Shown in pieces: positions 25,678 to 35,392 of a DNA stretch of 64,000 nucleotides. The position numbers and the translations under genes are program-made. Source of the DNA: a virus; IMG/VR virus record IMGVR_UViG_3300022843_000001, positions 64,001 through 128,000 of that record, one strand, 5' to 3'. The notes beneath the pieces are model-generated. The model was not told the DNA's origin, did not search any database, and saw only the letters and a program-made list of their open reading frames with translations. Every line of letters starts with the position of its first letter. Within the stretch, counting starts at the first letter, position 1.

Positions 25678-26619
25678 CTAATAGTTATTACGGTAAATGT
25701 ATTCTATTGCTCTTTCTGCTTCCAATTCAAAAGGTCTTTGGCCGTACCAGTTTCCAGTCTCTAGATCGATTTGACGGCATAATTGTGCAATTTCATGTGA
25801 TGTTATAGGGTACTCCATTCGTACAGCATTCGCGGCTATCTGAACCATTAAGGAATACATTTTGTGATACCAGCCAGTCCCTGATATTTCCTTGTATTGA
25901 TCAATCATGTACTTCTTGACGAACTTGCAGTCATGAAAAGACGTCCAAGACACTTTAGTTTGTTCCTGATTGTCCTTTCGTTGTTGTATAATCATTTCCT
26001 GCATAGCAGCAGGTAAGCGCTCGAAGAAGTTGCCACCGACTTTTCGTTCTGTAGGCGGCATAGGGTGTTTCTTTATAAGTTCGTCAACATCGAGTACAGC
26101 GCCAGTGTTTGTAAAGATAAAATTATTAGCACCATCATAACACGCAGGAATATAGTACATACGACTAAAATCTTTAACTTGTTGATCTCCCATTGAACCG
26201 AAAGTGGTGTTGAGAGCATACCAAAAGTCTCTAATGTTTTCCGTCTTGATGATATTTTTAACAGGAAACACCAACCTGAATTTAGGTTTGTCTTTAGTAC
26301 TTGAAGCTGTGCTATAACAAATATAGTAATAAGCACCAAATCTATTATGAAGTTCATCTTTTAAGTCTCCTTTACATTCATGATCATCTATGTCGAGCGC
26401 GGCCCATGCGCCCCATCCGGTAACATTTTTGTTCGCTCTTGTTGTTCCTTCAATATAAGTAGCAGGAGATATCAAACAAGCATTTTTCTTTCCAGCACAC
26501 GGTACCTTACTTAAACCATACAACAGCGACTCAAATTCAGCAAAGGTTTTAAACTCTGCCAATTTGTGAGTCTTGTTGTCATATAAATCATTAAATATGG
26601 TGAATGCAGTATCAGACAT
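25678..26619 (-). CDS. Archaeo-eukaryotic-type (Prim-Pol) primase-like protein
   Basis: AALDID (DxD), [22 protein letters not shown]; helical C-terminal domain. Confidence 0.7.
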   Translation of the reverse strand: MSDTAFTIFNDLYDNKTHKLAEFKTFAEFESLLYGLSKVPCAGKKNACLISPATYIEGTTRANKNVTGWGAWAALDIDDHECKGDLKDELHNRFGAYYYICYSTASSTKDKPKFRLVFPVKNIIKTENIRDFWYALNTTFGSMGDQQVKDFSRMYYIPACYDGANNFIFTNTGAVLDVDELIKKHPMPPTERKVGGNFFERLPAAMQEMIIQQRKDNQEQTKVSWTSFHDCKFVKKYMIDQYKEISGTGWYHKMYSLMVQIAANAVRMEYPITSHEIAQLCRQIDLETGNWYGQRPFELEAERAIEYIYRNNY

Positions 26620-27568
26620 ATAGCTTGAAATATTCTATAGTTTTCTCAAGGCCCTGATGTAAACTTACTTTTGGTTCCCAATCTAATTCTTTCTTAGCTT
26701 TAGTTATATCTGGGCAGCGTTGCTTAGGATCATCGAGAGGAAGGGGTTTATTTACGATTTTAGATTTAGTGTCAGTCATCGCAATTACCACCTCGGCCAG
26801 TTCACGTATTGTAAATTCTACAGGATTGCCAAGATTAAAACAAGGGTTGTTTAAATTTACATTTGTATTCATTAAACTAACAAGACCGTCAACCAAATCA
26901 TCAACATATTGGAATGATCTTGTTTGAGTACCATCTCCATATATTGTAATGTCTTCACCACGAAGTGCCTGCATTATAAAGTTTGACACCACTCGCCCAT
27001 CAAGTGGGTCCATTTGTGGCCCGTAGGTGTTGAATATTCTAGCAATCTTCACCTCAGTCCCGTATGATCTGTTATAATCCAAACATAAAGATTCTGCGGC
27101 ACGTTTACCTTCGTCATAACAACTACGAATACCATTTGGATTTACATTACCAAAATATGATTCTGGTTGCGGAGTGATGCTTGGGTCTCCATAAACTTCA
27201 CTGGTAGATGCCTGAATTATAGGACATTTATTTGACCGAGCTATTTCTAGGACATTTATCATGCCGTAGACATTCGTTTTCATTGTGTGTACAGGATCGT
27301 TTTGATATGCTGGAGGTGAAGCAGCACAGGCTAAGTTGAATATCATATCAACAGACATCATAGAATAAGGGTTTATAATATCGTGTTCAACCACAGTGAA
27401 GGGCATACCTTTCGCTGTATCCGAGTTTGGATTCAAATGCTTGATATTAACCATTCTGCCGGTTTGAAAATTGTCTAGACAAATGACCTCATGACCGGCG
27501 CCCAACAATCTTTTACAAAGATGGCCGCCTATAAATCCTGCGCCGCCTGTTACCAGTATTTTACTCAT
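26612..27568 (-). CDS. UDP-glucuronate decarboxylase (UDP-xylose synthase-like SDR)
   Basis: [78 protein letters not shown]. Confidence 0.9.
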   Translation of the reverse strand: MSKILVTGGAGFIGGHLCKRLLGAGHEVICLDNFQTGRMVNIKHLNPNSDTAKGMPFTVVEHDIINPYSMMSVDMIFNLACAASPPAYQNDPVHTMKTNVYGMINVLEIARSNKCPIIQASTSEVYGDPSITPQPESYFGNVNPNGIRSCYDEGKRAAESLCLDYNRSYGTEVKIARIFNTYGPQMDPLDGRVVSNFIMQALRGEDITIYGDGTQTRSFQYVDDLVDGLVSLMNTNVNLNNPCFNLGNPVEFTIRELAEVVIAMTDTKSKIVNKPLPLDDPKQRCPDITKAKKELDWEPKVSLHQGLEKTIEYFKLYV

Positions 27569-27857
27569 CTTCTACATCCACGTAGCGTAGCAGAGTATCT
27601 TCAAATCGATCAAGTTGTGGAAACCAAATAGACTTAGTTTTATGTGTCATAGGTTGTTCCATTCTTTCTGCAAATAATTGATAGTCTTCTTCACATCTAA
27701 AACGTACCCTTACTATACGATGCACTCCGGCCTCGTCTCGTTTACCACTAGAATCATGAACATACTCAGGCATGCCATCCCAATCTAATGGCATGGATTC
27801 TTCTTCTTGTCCAGTATTGACAAATAAACTGTTTACTACAGGTCTTTTAACGGCCAT
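27561..27857 (-). CDS. Small acidic protein of the type seen beside TAGT glycosyltransferases
   Basis: WDGMPEY...[14 protein letters not shown]...KTKSIWFP. Confidence 0.6.
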   Translation of the reverse strand: MAVKRPVVNSLFVNTGQEEESMPLDWDGMPEYVHDSSGKRDEAGVHRIVRVRFRCEEDYQLFAERMEQPMTHKTKSIWFPQLDRFEDTLLRYVDVEDE

Positions 27858-27892
27858 GGCCTGATATTCCTCATTTAATTAGATTATAATCT

Positions 27893-27921
27893 ATTATAAC
27901 ACAAAGAGATGGTGTTGTCAA
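27893..27921 (-). promoter_or_regulatory. Sigma70-type promoter
   Basis: TTGACA-17-TATAAT. Confidence 0.85.
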
Positions 27922-27923
27922 CC

Positions 27924-28775
27924 TTAATCAACCTTCGGTTCTTCTAGTCTGGTTAATTCCATTCCGTAGTTATCAACACCTTTTTTAATGTTAAGGCCTT
28001 CTTTCTTGATTAATCGGTTATTCTCGAAAGATCGATAGTCCACATGATGATGCCACCGGCCGTATTTTTCCACAATCTCTACAACATCTGGGTGTTGATC
28101 ATACAAAGACTTGGCAAACTTGAATCGATTGTCTTTGTCAGCGCCATAGACTTCATCGGTATTACCACCTTTCATGCTCAGAGTACCTGTTTTACCGCAA
28201 AGAAAAGCATTGAACAATATAGTACAATCCCCGTCTTTCAACACTCTAAGACTTAGATCAGTGTCCTCATTATATTTGCCGCGCCACCGGTGAACAGTAT
28301 CGTTGGCAATTAACAAACAACTGTAGACGCGAGTGTTTGCCAGATATGCTGGACGAGTAGTAGATCGCTTTGGTATAAAATAGAAATATTGCATTCCCGC
28401 AATCTTGACATTTTCATATCGATCTGTAAAATCCTCTGCGGCACGAAAAGTTGTGCCAGAAGTTACACGGACTCGTTTGTTCTTGTTGAATCGATAAAAA
28501 CATTTAATGTTGTCGTCAAGAATCCAGTGGCGTTCATGGCCTTCAGATATACTGTGATCCCAAACCCAATTTCTAGCAGGTATACTTCCTTGCCCTAGAT
28601 TGCTGAACGGCAACACCAATATTTTAGCAGGGTCAATAACCGCAGCATATTCATCATACTCCTGAGGCTCGATTACAATCCTGTAGGGAACCTTCATCAG
28701 TTCCAAAGCATCTGAAGTCTGGCGAGATTCCCACCGACCCTTCGATATAATATAGACAGGATATTTCGGGTTCAT
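27924..28775 (-). CDS. TAGT/GREB1-like GT-A glycosyltransferase
   Basis: YPVYIISKGR, VIEPQEYDEY, GSIPARNWVW, WILDDNI (DxD-like), YSCLLI, YNEDTDLSL, GGNT. Confidence 0.8.
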   Translation of the reverse strand: MNPKYPVYIISKGRWESRQTSDALELMKVPYRIVIEPQEYDEYAAVIDPAKILVLPFSNLGQGSIPARNWVWDHSISEGHERHWILDDNIKCFYRFNKNKRVRVTSGTTFRAAEDFTDRYENVKIAGMQYFYFIPKRSTTRPAYLANTRVYSCLLIANDTVHRWRGKYNEDTDLSLRVLKDGDCTILFNAFLCGKTGTLSMKGGNTDEVYGADKDNRFKFAKSLYDQHPDVVEIVEKYGRWHHHVDYRSFENNRLIKKEGLNIKKGVDNYGMELTRLEEPKVD

Positions 28776-29188
28776 TTATAATCGCCCAATAAAGGTAACA
28801 GATTTGGTTCAGAATAATCCTCTCCTTTCAAAATCTTACCATCACTTCGATATATAGGATTGCCGAATTGATCCAATTTTGACATATTAGAACGTTGAAC
28901 TTCATTAAAGGTTAAGTCTAGAGGTATACCGTAGGTATGGCCTGCACCGTATGTCACATACAGAATATCAGTTAAGGCATCCGCTATCTCAACCATATCG
29001 TCATCGAGCACCGCCGCCTCTAATTCTAAGAGTTCTTCCCGTATCAATTCGATGCGAAGCAAGGCCTCGGCTTTAGTTGGAAAAGCCGGAAATGTTCGTA
29101 CAGGTTGCCCAAAGGTTTCCATGAAACGCCCTACTTTTGCAAAGTTACTTTCAGAATTACTCATAATTATCTTTTCCTGTTTATACAT
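28772..29188 (-). CDS. MazG-like (PRA-PH family) nucleotide pyrophosphohydrolase
   Basis: LIREELLEL...EIADALTDILYV.YG...EVQRSNMSK...DGKILK; the likely start is MSNSES. Confidence 0.88.
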   Translation of the reverse strand: MYKQEKIIMSNSESNFAKVGRFMETFGQPVRTFPAFPTKAEALLRIELIREELLELEAAVLDDDMVEIADALTDILYVTYGAGHTYGIPLDLTFNEVQRSNMSKLDQFGNPIYRSDGKILKGEDYSEPNLLPLLGDYK

Positions 29189-29190
29189 GT

Positions 29191-29219
29191 ATTATACACT
29201 AATTATTAGTGTTTGTCAA
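29191..29219 (-). promoter_or_regulatory. Sigma70-type promoter
   Basis: TTGACA-17-TATAAT; the spacer is the near-palindrome ACACTAAT-T-ATTAGTGT. Confidence 0.85.
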
Positions 29220-29226
29220 CAACTAT

Positions 29227-31728
29227 TTACATAAAGTCAAGAAGACTCGTGGTTGGTTCGATTTCCCAACCTATGGCTGTCAATATAGGCAATATGGCGT
29301 TTGTAAATGATTTTTCAAACTGCGTATTATAATCTATGTGTCTATTCAACTGAAGTTCTGGTGGCAAATAATCAGGATATGATATCACATTTTCTCTGAT
29401 AGGATTAGGCACCTTTAGATAACAGAACTTTATCTTTTCACCATTCTTGGCCAGATCGTATTCTTTTAATCCGCGGTCATTAATATGGTGATTATAAAGC
29501 AAAGCACCTCTGACATGGATAGGAGTTCTTTTTCCGTATATCGTAAGATTGTTCTGAAACTTGCCGATATCACTTAATCCACGAGGAAAAGAAATGTCTT
29601 CAATAGGCAGGGTGAAGAATTTCGTCTTGAACTCCGCAATTGATTTTTGTGTTTTTTCTTCTGATCCAGATATAATGACCTTGAACATAGATTTTAGCGC
29701 TTCACGACAAACCGCAGGAGTGCTTGATTTAATTGCCTCGATACCCATAATTTTCATCTTAGGTTCTGCATATTGAACACCTTCGCTGTTGTGTACATTC
29801 AGTATATAGCGTTTCTTCGCAGTCCATATACCAATATCGGCAATAACTTCTCTTTCCATAACCATACGATTTTCATAAGCATCAGCATTGGTTGCCATTC
29901 TAGCATATGATTGTGCTATCATAGGTTCAAATTGATCTTTGCACATTTTATCAATCAACTCAACAGTCTTTGCTTTATCTTCACCTAAACCAAGTTTCTT
30001 AACTAAAGGCCCGAAGTTTAAATAATTAGAATCTGTATCAGCGGCCACAACATAGTCAACATCAACAGAATCTACAATCCGATTCATAAACTTATTGAAT
30101 GCTTTATCGGCCCAACGAACTGCAAGTTGACCAGACAAAGTAATTGCTTCTGCTATACGAACATCGTAATGTCTGAAATGTCGATTACCCATAGCACCAT
30201 ACAAACTGTTCATAAGTATCTTGATTGACATTTGCTGATTGTCTAAAATAGAGATAGCTTTTTCTAATCTAAACACTTCCTGTTTATCCGCTTTATCTAC
30301 ATTCTGCAATAATTGCTGATTGGCCAACATCGCCTTCTTGATTTCTTTTCGCTGTGCATAATAATCTACGATGATCTCTGGGATTATACCTCTTGAATCC
30401 TTGGTAAAATGAGCACCGTTAACTGCCATAGAAGTGTTTGGGTGTACATTAATAGGTTGTTGTTCGTCCAAAAATAGATCAACATCACAACCTCTGGTCG
30501 TTGGGTCAAGAATAGTCTCGGGAGACATATTAAACTGTGTGATAATAAGAGGATAAAGTGAAGCCAAATCGAATGAAACAATCCAATTGTGAAGTCCAAC
30601 TTGCACAGGTTTGACATAACCACCAACAAAGGGAATCTTCGCTTTGCTTGTCTTGGGTTGCAGTACAATGTTTCTATCATGGAGCTTTCTGTATATAATA
30701 GCATCCCAAATTGCTGTTGTACCCATTGTGTCCTGATAATTCACACCGCCTCGATAGGCCATGGTCATTGCAAGCGAGATCAATCCTAATTTATCTTCAA
30801 TGCGGTTAACAAGTTCAACGTCTTTGATGTTGTAGTCAATAAACAACTGAAAGTTTTCCGTATAAAGACCATGCAAACCTTTGTATTCCTCATAAGAGAT
30901 CTTTCGTTCACCAAGAACAACCGACGCAATATGATCTAACTTATAAGATTCCTGAGCGCCAAGAGTATTCAATGTGAACTTTTTAAATAGCTCTAGATAA
31001 TCTAAGGATGCTACACCTGTAATCTCCCAAGTTTGTTGCTTCTTGCCAAATATATTTACATCTCTTGGAGATATAAGACCCCAAGGAGATAATTTCTTGG
31101 CAAATTCTTCACCAAGTACTCGCGTTATCCTGTTAACCAAATATGGTATATCATAAAACCGAGTGTTCCAACCAGTAATAACATCCGGTGTATTAATTGG
31201 AGACGACCAATGTGAAACGAATCTCATTAGCATATTTGCTTCGTCTGAGCATTGGTGATACTCTACGTCTTTACGTCTATTATCATATGCTTTCATGCCC
31301 CAGACATAATATCTATCTTTTTGCCATAATGCAATAGATATAATTCGATTCGCCGCTGTGTCTGGCGCTGACCACCCATCATCATATTCAGTTTCAATGT
31401 CGATATTAGCAACATTTATCTCGTCCCGATTGAATGATGTTTTGCCTGGGTATTGTTCCTGAATGTGTTGAACAATATAGTTTTGATTGCCGTATACTTC
31501 GAAGTTAGGGACGTCCTTGTATTGATCAACAAAATCCTTTGCTTCTCGCATGGAGTCGAATTTAATAGGGGAAACGTCGATCCCATGAAGTGATTTGTGA
31601 GAACCGTCACTGTCAGGGATATACAGTGTAGGTTTAAACTTTACTCGTTTCTGATCGCGGTGACCGTCTTTATAACCACGATAAAGCAGAGAATTGCCGT
31701 ATCTGGCTACGTTGGTGTAATATCTCAT
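29227..31728 (-). CDS. gp43: Family B DNA polymerase
   Basis: DIET, TGWNTRFYDIPYL, YKLDHIA, YNIKDV, SFDLASLYP, KILMNSLYG, ADTDS, KKRY. Confidence 0.97.
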   Translation of the reverse strand: MRYYTNVARYGNSLLYRGYKDGHRDQKRVKFKPTLYIPDSDGSHKSLHGIDVSPIKFDSMREAKDFVDQYKDVPNFEVYGNQNYIVQHIQEQYPGKTSFNRDEINVANIDIETEYDDGWSAPDTAANRIISIALWQKDRYYVWGMKAYDNRRKDVEYHQCSDEANMLMRFVSHWSSPINTPDVITGWNTRFYDIPYLVNRITRVLGEEFAKKLSPWGLISPRDVNIFGKKQQTWEITGVASLDYLELFKKFTLNTLGAQESYKLDHIASVVLGERKISYEEYKGLHGLYTENFQLFIDYNIKDVELVNRIEDKLGLISLAMTMAYRGGVNYQDTMGTTAIWDAIIYRKLHDRNIVLQPKTSKAKIPFVGGYVKPVQVGLHNWIVSFDLASLYPLIITQFNMSPETILDPTTRGCDVDLFLDEQQPINVHPNTSMAVNGAHFTKDSRGIIPEIIVDYYAQRKEIKKAMLANQQLLQNVDKADKQEVFRLEKAISILDNQQMSIKILMNSLYGAMGNRHFRHYDVRIAEAITLSGQLAVRWADKAFNKFMNRIVDSVDVDYVVAADTDSNYLNFGPLVKKLGLGEDKAKTVELIDKMCKDQFEPMIAQSYARMATNADAYENRMVMEREVIADIGIWTAKKRYILNVHNSEGVQYAEPKMKIMGIEAIKSSTPAVCREALKSMFKVIISGSEEKTQKSIAEFKTKFFTLPIEDISFPRGLSDIGKFQNNLTIYGKRTPIHVRGALLYNHHINDRGLKEYDLAKNGEKIKFCYLKVPNPIRENVISYPDYLPPELQLNRHIDYNTQFEKSFTNAILPILTAIGWEIEPTTSLLDFM

Positions 31729-31756
31729 ATGAATCCATAATTAAGTGGGTAAACCC

Positions 31757-31785
31757 ATTATATCATAATAATGGGTACTTGTCAA
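31757..31785 (-). promoter_or_regulatory. Sigma70-type promoter for gp43
   Basis: TTGACA-17-TATAAT; ACCCATTAT/ATAATGGGT inverted repeat at 31753-31776. Confidence 0.85.
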
Positions 31786-31788
31786 TGT

Positions 31789-32088
31789 TTAATAAACTAT
31801 TTTGGATTCTGGCGTAATGATTTGTTGAGTTTCGGGAAAAATGCTTCTATAATGGGCCAACAATTCCGCATTAGGTTCAGTCATGAACAATATTGCCTCT
31901 ACGTTCAGATCTAGACCTTCGTCCAAATCTGCGTAAGGCATAAATCTGCCGACAGCAAGACCTTCATCAGTCGGTATGATTATGGAAATGTCGTTTATAG
32001 TCATTTTACCAAGTGTGTACGATGCTGTGATTTCTGCCAGAAGTTCTTCACCTGAAGTCAATCTTATTAAACTTATTTTATTCGTCAT
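31789..32088 (-). CDS. Conserved hypothetical protein between regA and 43
   Basis: LIRLTSGEELLAEI...FMPY pattern; synteny. Confidence 0.6.
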   Translation of the reverse strand: MTNKISLIRLTSGEELLAEITASYTLGKMTINDISIIIPTDEGLAVGRFMPYADLDEGLDLNVEAILFMTEPNAELLAHYRSIFPETQQIITPESKIVY

Positions 32089-32115
32089 AATGTATATTCT
32101 CTTTAATGTAGTTTG

Positions 32116-32538
32116 TTAGCTAGCAGTACCTATATTGTATTTGGGTATAAGTTCCCATTTATATTTGTCTTTATGTGAAATGATTTTAATTTGTTTCAGA
32201 GGAGCAACATCTGCGGCCTGATCTTCATTTAGTATCGTAATCAATCCCCAATCAGACAATAATGTCGTAATGCTATTTCTTCTCTGAATATCATTTTCAA
32301 ACAAGTTAGACGATTTTCCATCTAATAAAAACAGTTCTTTAAAATGTACTATAAAATAGTGTCCTTGTTTGTGTAATATATGGCATGATTGAAATAGTCT
32401 ATTTTCTTTTTTCGAAGCAACACCCATACGCGTAAGAGTTTCTCTTACCTTTAAAAAATCGTCTGGAGCACTAAGAGAGACTTCTAGCATACAAGCCGGA
32501 GTCCATTCAATTACTACGTTTTCGTTTTCCTGTTCCAC
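32116..32538 (-). CDS. regA: Translational repressor RegA
   Basis: PDDFLKVRETLTRMG, CHILHKQG.YFIVHFKELF, W.LIPKYNIG. Confidence 0.96.
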   Translation of the reverse strand: MEQENENVVIEWTPACMLEVSLSAPDDFLKVRETLTRMGVASKKENRLFQSCHILHKQGHYFIVHFKELFLLDGKSSNLFENDIQRRNSITTLLSDWGLITILNEDQAADVAPLKQIKIISHKDKYKWELIPKYNIGTAS

Positions 32539-32911
32539 CTTGGCACACCCTTTTGGATAGTTTTATCACTTGTTCATTAGATAATATTTTCAAAACTTGG
32601 CGAGCCTTTTCGTTACTATAGCCATAATATGTTTTGATCACATCGATATCGCTTGATTCCTCAGCTTTAAACCACTTGGAGAATCGTTTGCGTTTCCTTA
32701 AAGTATTTATATAAAAGTGAAACTGCAATTTAGAATCAAGGTGATATGCTCTATTCATTTCATTTGCAAAGAGTATGCTATCTTCAAAATATGAAAGACC
32801 TCGATTGACAACAAACGGAGCATATGCTTTTTCGTCTATGTCATCAACCATAATATCCTGCTTAGTTGTGTTTATAGCATTCAGATAATCGAAGGGCGAC
32901 AGTGCACTCAT
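32507..32911 (-). CDS. gp62: Clamp loader small subunit
   Basis: SPFDYLNAIN, PFVVNRGLS, LRKRKRFSKW, YYGYSNEKA. Confidence 0.93.
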   Translation of the reverse strand: MSALSPFDYLNAINTTKQDIMVDDIDEKAYAPFVVNRGLSYFEDSILFANEMNRAYHLDSKLQFHFYINTLRKRKRFSKWFKAEESSDIDVIKTYYGYSNEKARQVLKILSNEQVIKLSKRVCQGGTGKRKRSN

Positions 32912-33498
32912 TAAGATATAGCTATGATTAGTTGTTGCATACGAAGAACGTCTACGACAATATCGTGCTCCGGGTCATGTTTTTTAAACTTTTTTCCCAA
33001 TCCGTCGGGCATAAAGCTATTTTTGATATCAGAACCATAAGATAAACCTTCAATAAAAGATCTTGTGTCTCGTACAGTCCAGAAGTTATGCGGTTCGGGG
33101 TAACCTAATTGCTTTGCCCATGCAGTTGTAATCATTGGGTCAAATGTATTTCCACGAGTAAAGACTCGGGTCACACCAGCCGCTTCATTTTTAATGATTC
33201 CGATAAGATTAGTAATAGATTGATCTACTCCTGGATTAGGAACCAATTGAGTATTTCTTACGGCTGCAGGCAGCGCTTCCCACCATGCTACAGTTTCTAA
33301 ATTAATCTTTCGTTTATAGGTTTTTACCTGTTCTGCCACGTCAAATTTGAAGAATTTAGTTGCATCTAGCAACTCTTGAAATGTGTATGGATTTGTTGTG
33401 AATCTTTCTGGTTCATATCGCATCGTGGCGATAGATAATACAGGCAAGGTAACCACGTCAGTGTCTAGTGTTTCGTAATCGTATATTAAGTTAGTCAT
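32911..33498 (-). CDS. dexA: DexA-like 3'-5' exonuclease
   Basis: DYETL, TVAWW, TRGNTFD, FWTVRDTRS, HDPEHD (DEDDh); start refined to MTNLI. Confidence 0.85.
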   Translation of the reverse strand: MTNLIYDYETLDTDVVTLPVLSIATMRYEPERFTTNPYTFQELLDATKFFKFDVAEQVKTYKRKINLETVAWWEALPAAVRNTQLVPNPGVDQSITNLIGIIKNEAAGVTRVFTRGNTFDPMITTAWAKQLGYPEPHNFWTVRDTRSFIEGLSYGSDIKNSFMPDGLGKKFKKHDPEHDIVVDVLRMQQLIIAIS

Positions 33499-34433
33499 TA
33501 TTTGAACTCCGTTGAGGACATTATTTCTGTCAAACATGCCACGACATTAATCTCTTTGTCAGCACAAAATGCATCGCGAAATTGATAATCAGCAATGATA
33601 AGTACGACAGTTGGTATTGATGATGGCGCGATTGAATCTGACATTGAATCATATATGCGTCTAAATATTACATGAGACTCTGTATCGATATTGTCTGCAA
33701 CCCATTTTCTCATTAACTTGAAGTTTTTATCCTTCAAATAAGCAAGAAGATTATTAAAGCTTTCATCACCTAGATTGACCAGAATGCCTGTATCAATTTT
33801 ACCCGATATAGAGTATCGCTGACATTCGTTTAATATACGGCGAAAATCTGGAAAGTATCTCTGTACAAGTTCAGCAAGGACTTTCTTGTCGTATTCGATG
33901 CCTTCCTTATCAAGGATGCCTGCGGTACGTTTGAAGATGCCATTCGCAATGGCAGGTTTTTGTGCTGAAGGTATAGAAAAATCATAGACCGAACATCTCG
34001 AATGAAGCGGCTCGATAATACGATTGCGGAAGTTGCACGTTAGAATGAACCGACAGTTGTTGGAAAATTCTTCGATGAAACCGCGAAGCGCAGGTTGGGT
34101 AGATTGTGGATTTAGATAATCTGCTTCATCTAGAATCACAACTTTATAACCACCTTGAAGTGATACAGTAGAAGCAAATTGCTTTATAGTTGTTCGCAGA
34201 GTATCAATATTGCCATTTTCCGACCCGTTTATAATAAGATAATCAAGATCAAGTTCTTTACAAAGCGCTTTGGCAACGGTCGTTTTACCAACACCTGCAG
34301 TACCAGCAAACAACATATTTGGCACTTCACCTGATTTGATGATTTCAGAAAATGTCTTCTTTAGATCACTGGTGAGAATAGTATCATTAATTGTTACCGG
34401 CCGGTACTTTTCGACAAATAGAAATTCACTCAT
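33498..34433 (-). CDS. gp44: Clamp loader large subunit
   Basis: EKYRP, GTAGVGKTT, LDEADYL, QPALRGFIEEFS, PLHSRC. Confidence 0.96.
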   Translation of the reverse strand: MSEFLFVEKYRPVTINDTILTSDLKKTFSEIIKSGEVPNMLFAGTAGVGKTTVAKALCKELDLDYLIINGSENGNIDTLRTTIKQFASTVSLQGGYKVVILDEADYLNPQSTQPALRGFIEEFSNNCRFILTCNFRNRIIEPLHSRCSVYDFSIPSAQKPAIANGIFKRTAGILDKEGIEYDKKVLAELVQRYFPDFRRILNECQRYSISGKIDTGILVNLGDESFNNLLAYLKDKNFKLMRKWVADNIDTESHVIFRRIYDSMSDSIAPSSIPTVVLIIADYQFRDAFCADKEINVVACLTEIMSSTEFK

Positions 34434-34437
34434 AATA

Positions 34438-34635
34438 TTAATTCACACACACGGCTGAAATATACTCACCACGAACTTCAAATTTGCCCCAGAAAGGGGT
34501 AAAGCATATGTTATTATAATCATTGCCTTCGTCATCACACGAAGTAACGACCTCTGAGGTCAACAGTTGAGGATTGTCTTTTCCAAATTTAATAAGACCG
34601 TTCGTGTATTCTTCTAATGTCATTTCATTTCTCAT
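34438..34635 (-). CDS. Small hypothetical early protein
   Basis: Directly under the duplicated promoter cassette. Confidence 0.55.
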   Translation of the reverse strand: MRNEMTLEEYTNGLIKFGKDNPQLLTSEVVTSCDDEGNDYNNICFTPFWGKFEVRGEYISAVCVN

Positions 34636-34699
34636 TATGTAATTGAAGCACCATTATATCACAAATGGTGCTTCGTGTCAACCATTTTTAATGTTATTT
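34627..34699 (-). repeat. Promoter/stem-loop cassette, copy 1 (promoter 34653-34681)
   Basis: Matches 35090-35161 with one substitution and a 1-nt indel; 11-bp arms GAAGCACCATT/AATGGTGCTTC; includes the ATGAGAAAT start. Confidence 0.9.
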
Positions 34700-35098
34700 A
34701 ATTAATGGAAGGTTGGCTACGTATTCTACTAACCAGACTTTTGGTGCTAAATAGATTTGCAACCATGTTAGATTTAAACATACAGTGTAAATTGTGGACC
34801 AGACTATAACTCTTATAATTGTGCCAAGTCCTACATACCCTATCCAAAAATCGTCAGACGGGTTTTTATTGTAAGTTGATAAACCTATTTTTATGTCTAT
34901 TAACAATGATATTGTTAATCCAATCAAACCAATGATAAACATGATTAAACTATAGGTGCCATACCATAAAATCAATTGTTCTAAATATACTGGTAACTCA
35001 CCTGCTAAAAATTCTTTTGCTTCACTAGCGTTATCTAAAACGCCTGTGACTAGTTGAGTCAATGCTGTTTCAAGTGCTTGGTTCATGTTATTTCTCAT
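34694..35098 (-). CDS. Membrane protein
   Basis: Two or three hydrophobic segments; ends APKVWLVEYVANLPLIK. Confidence 0.65.
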   Translation of the reverse strand: MRNNMNQALETALTQLVTGVLDNASEAKEFLAGELPVYLEQLILWYGTYSLIMFIIGLIGLTISLLIDIKIGLSTYNKNPSDDFWIGYVGLGTIIRVIVWSTIYTVCLNLTWLQIYLAPKVWLVEYVANLPLIK

Positions 35099-35161
35099 TT
35101 TGTAATTGAAGCACCATTATATCACAAATGGTGCTTCGTGTCAACCATTTTAATGTTATTT
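35090..35161 (-). repeat. Promoter/stem-loop cassette, copy 2 (promoter 35116-35144)
   Basis: See copy 1; offset 463 bp. Confidence 0.9.
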
Positions 35162-35294
35162 TGTCAAACTTGATTCGAAGTCAATGTCTGGAATTATTGA
35201 TTGAGGTTTAAAAATTACTCTGTAATGATATATACTGACACCTTTGCTTTCTAACTGCTCGGCAGAATAATTTTAATAATTTTACGTTTTTCAT
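35156..35294 (-). pseudogene. Deleted/frameshifted remnant of a phage lipoprotein-like gene
   Basis: AAGGAG and ATG MKNVKLL at 35294; a second frame reads NYSAEQLESKGVSIYHYRVIFKPQSIIPDIDFESSLTK*, recognised from memory as the C-terminus of a widespread phage protein. Confidence 0.5.
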
Positions 35295-35328
35295 TACATA
35301 CTCCTTGTTGCTTATGATAGGTGCTTTT

Positions 35329-35385
35329 TATTTAATCAAAGGCAGGTTGGCTACGTATTCTACTAACCAGACTTTTGGTGCTATT
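35329..35385 (-). pseudogene. Orphan second copy of the 3' end of the 34694-35098 gene
   Basis: 40 identical bp (35344-35383 = 34710-34749); encodes APKVWLVEYVANLPLIK* with synonymous changes in the last codons. Confidence 0.8.
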
Positions 35386-35392
35386 GCGATCT

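Noticed and set aside
32704-32711. TATAAATA inside gp62 as a regA late promoter
   Set aside because: Such 8-mers arise by chance in AT-rich coding DNA, and it is far from the regA start.
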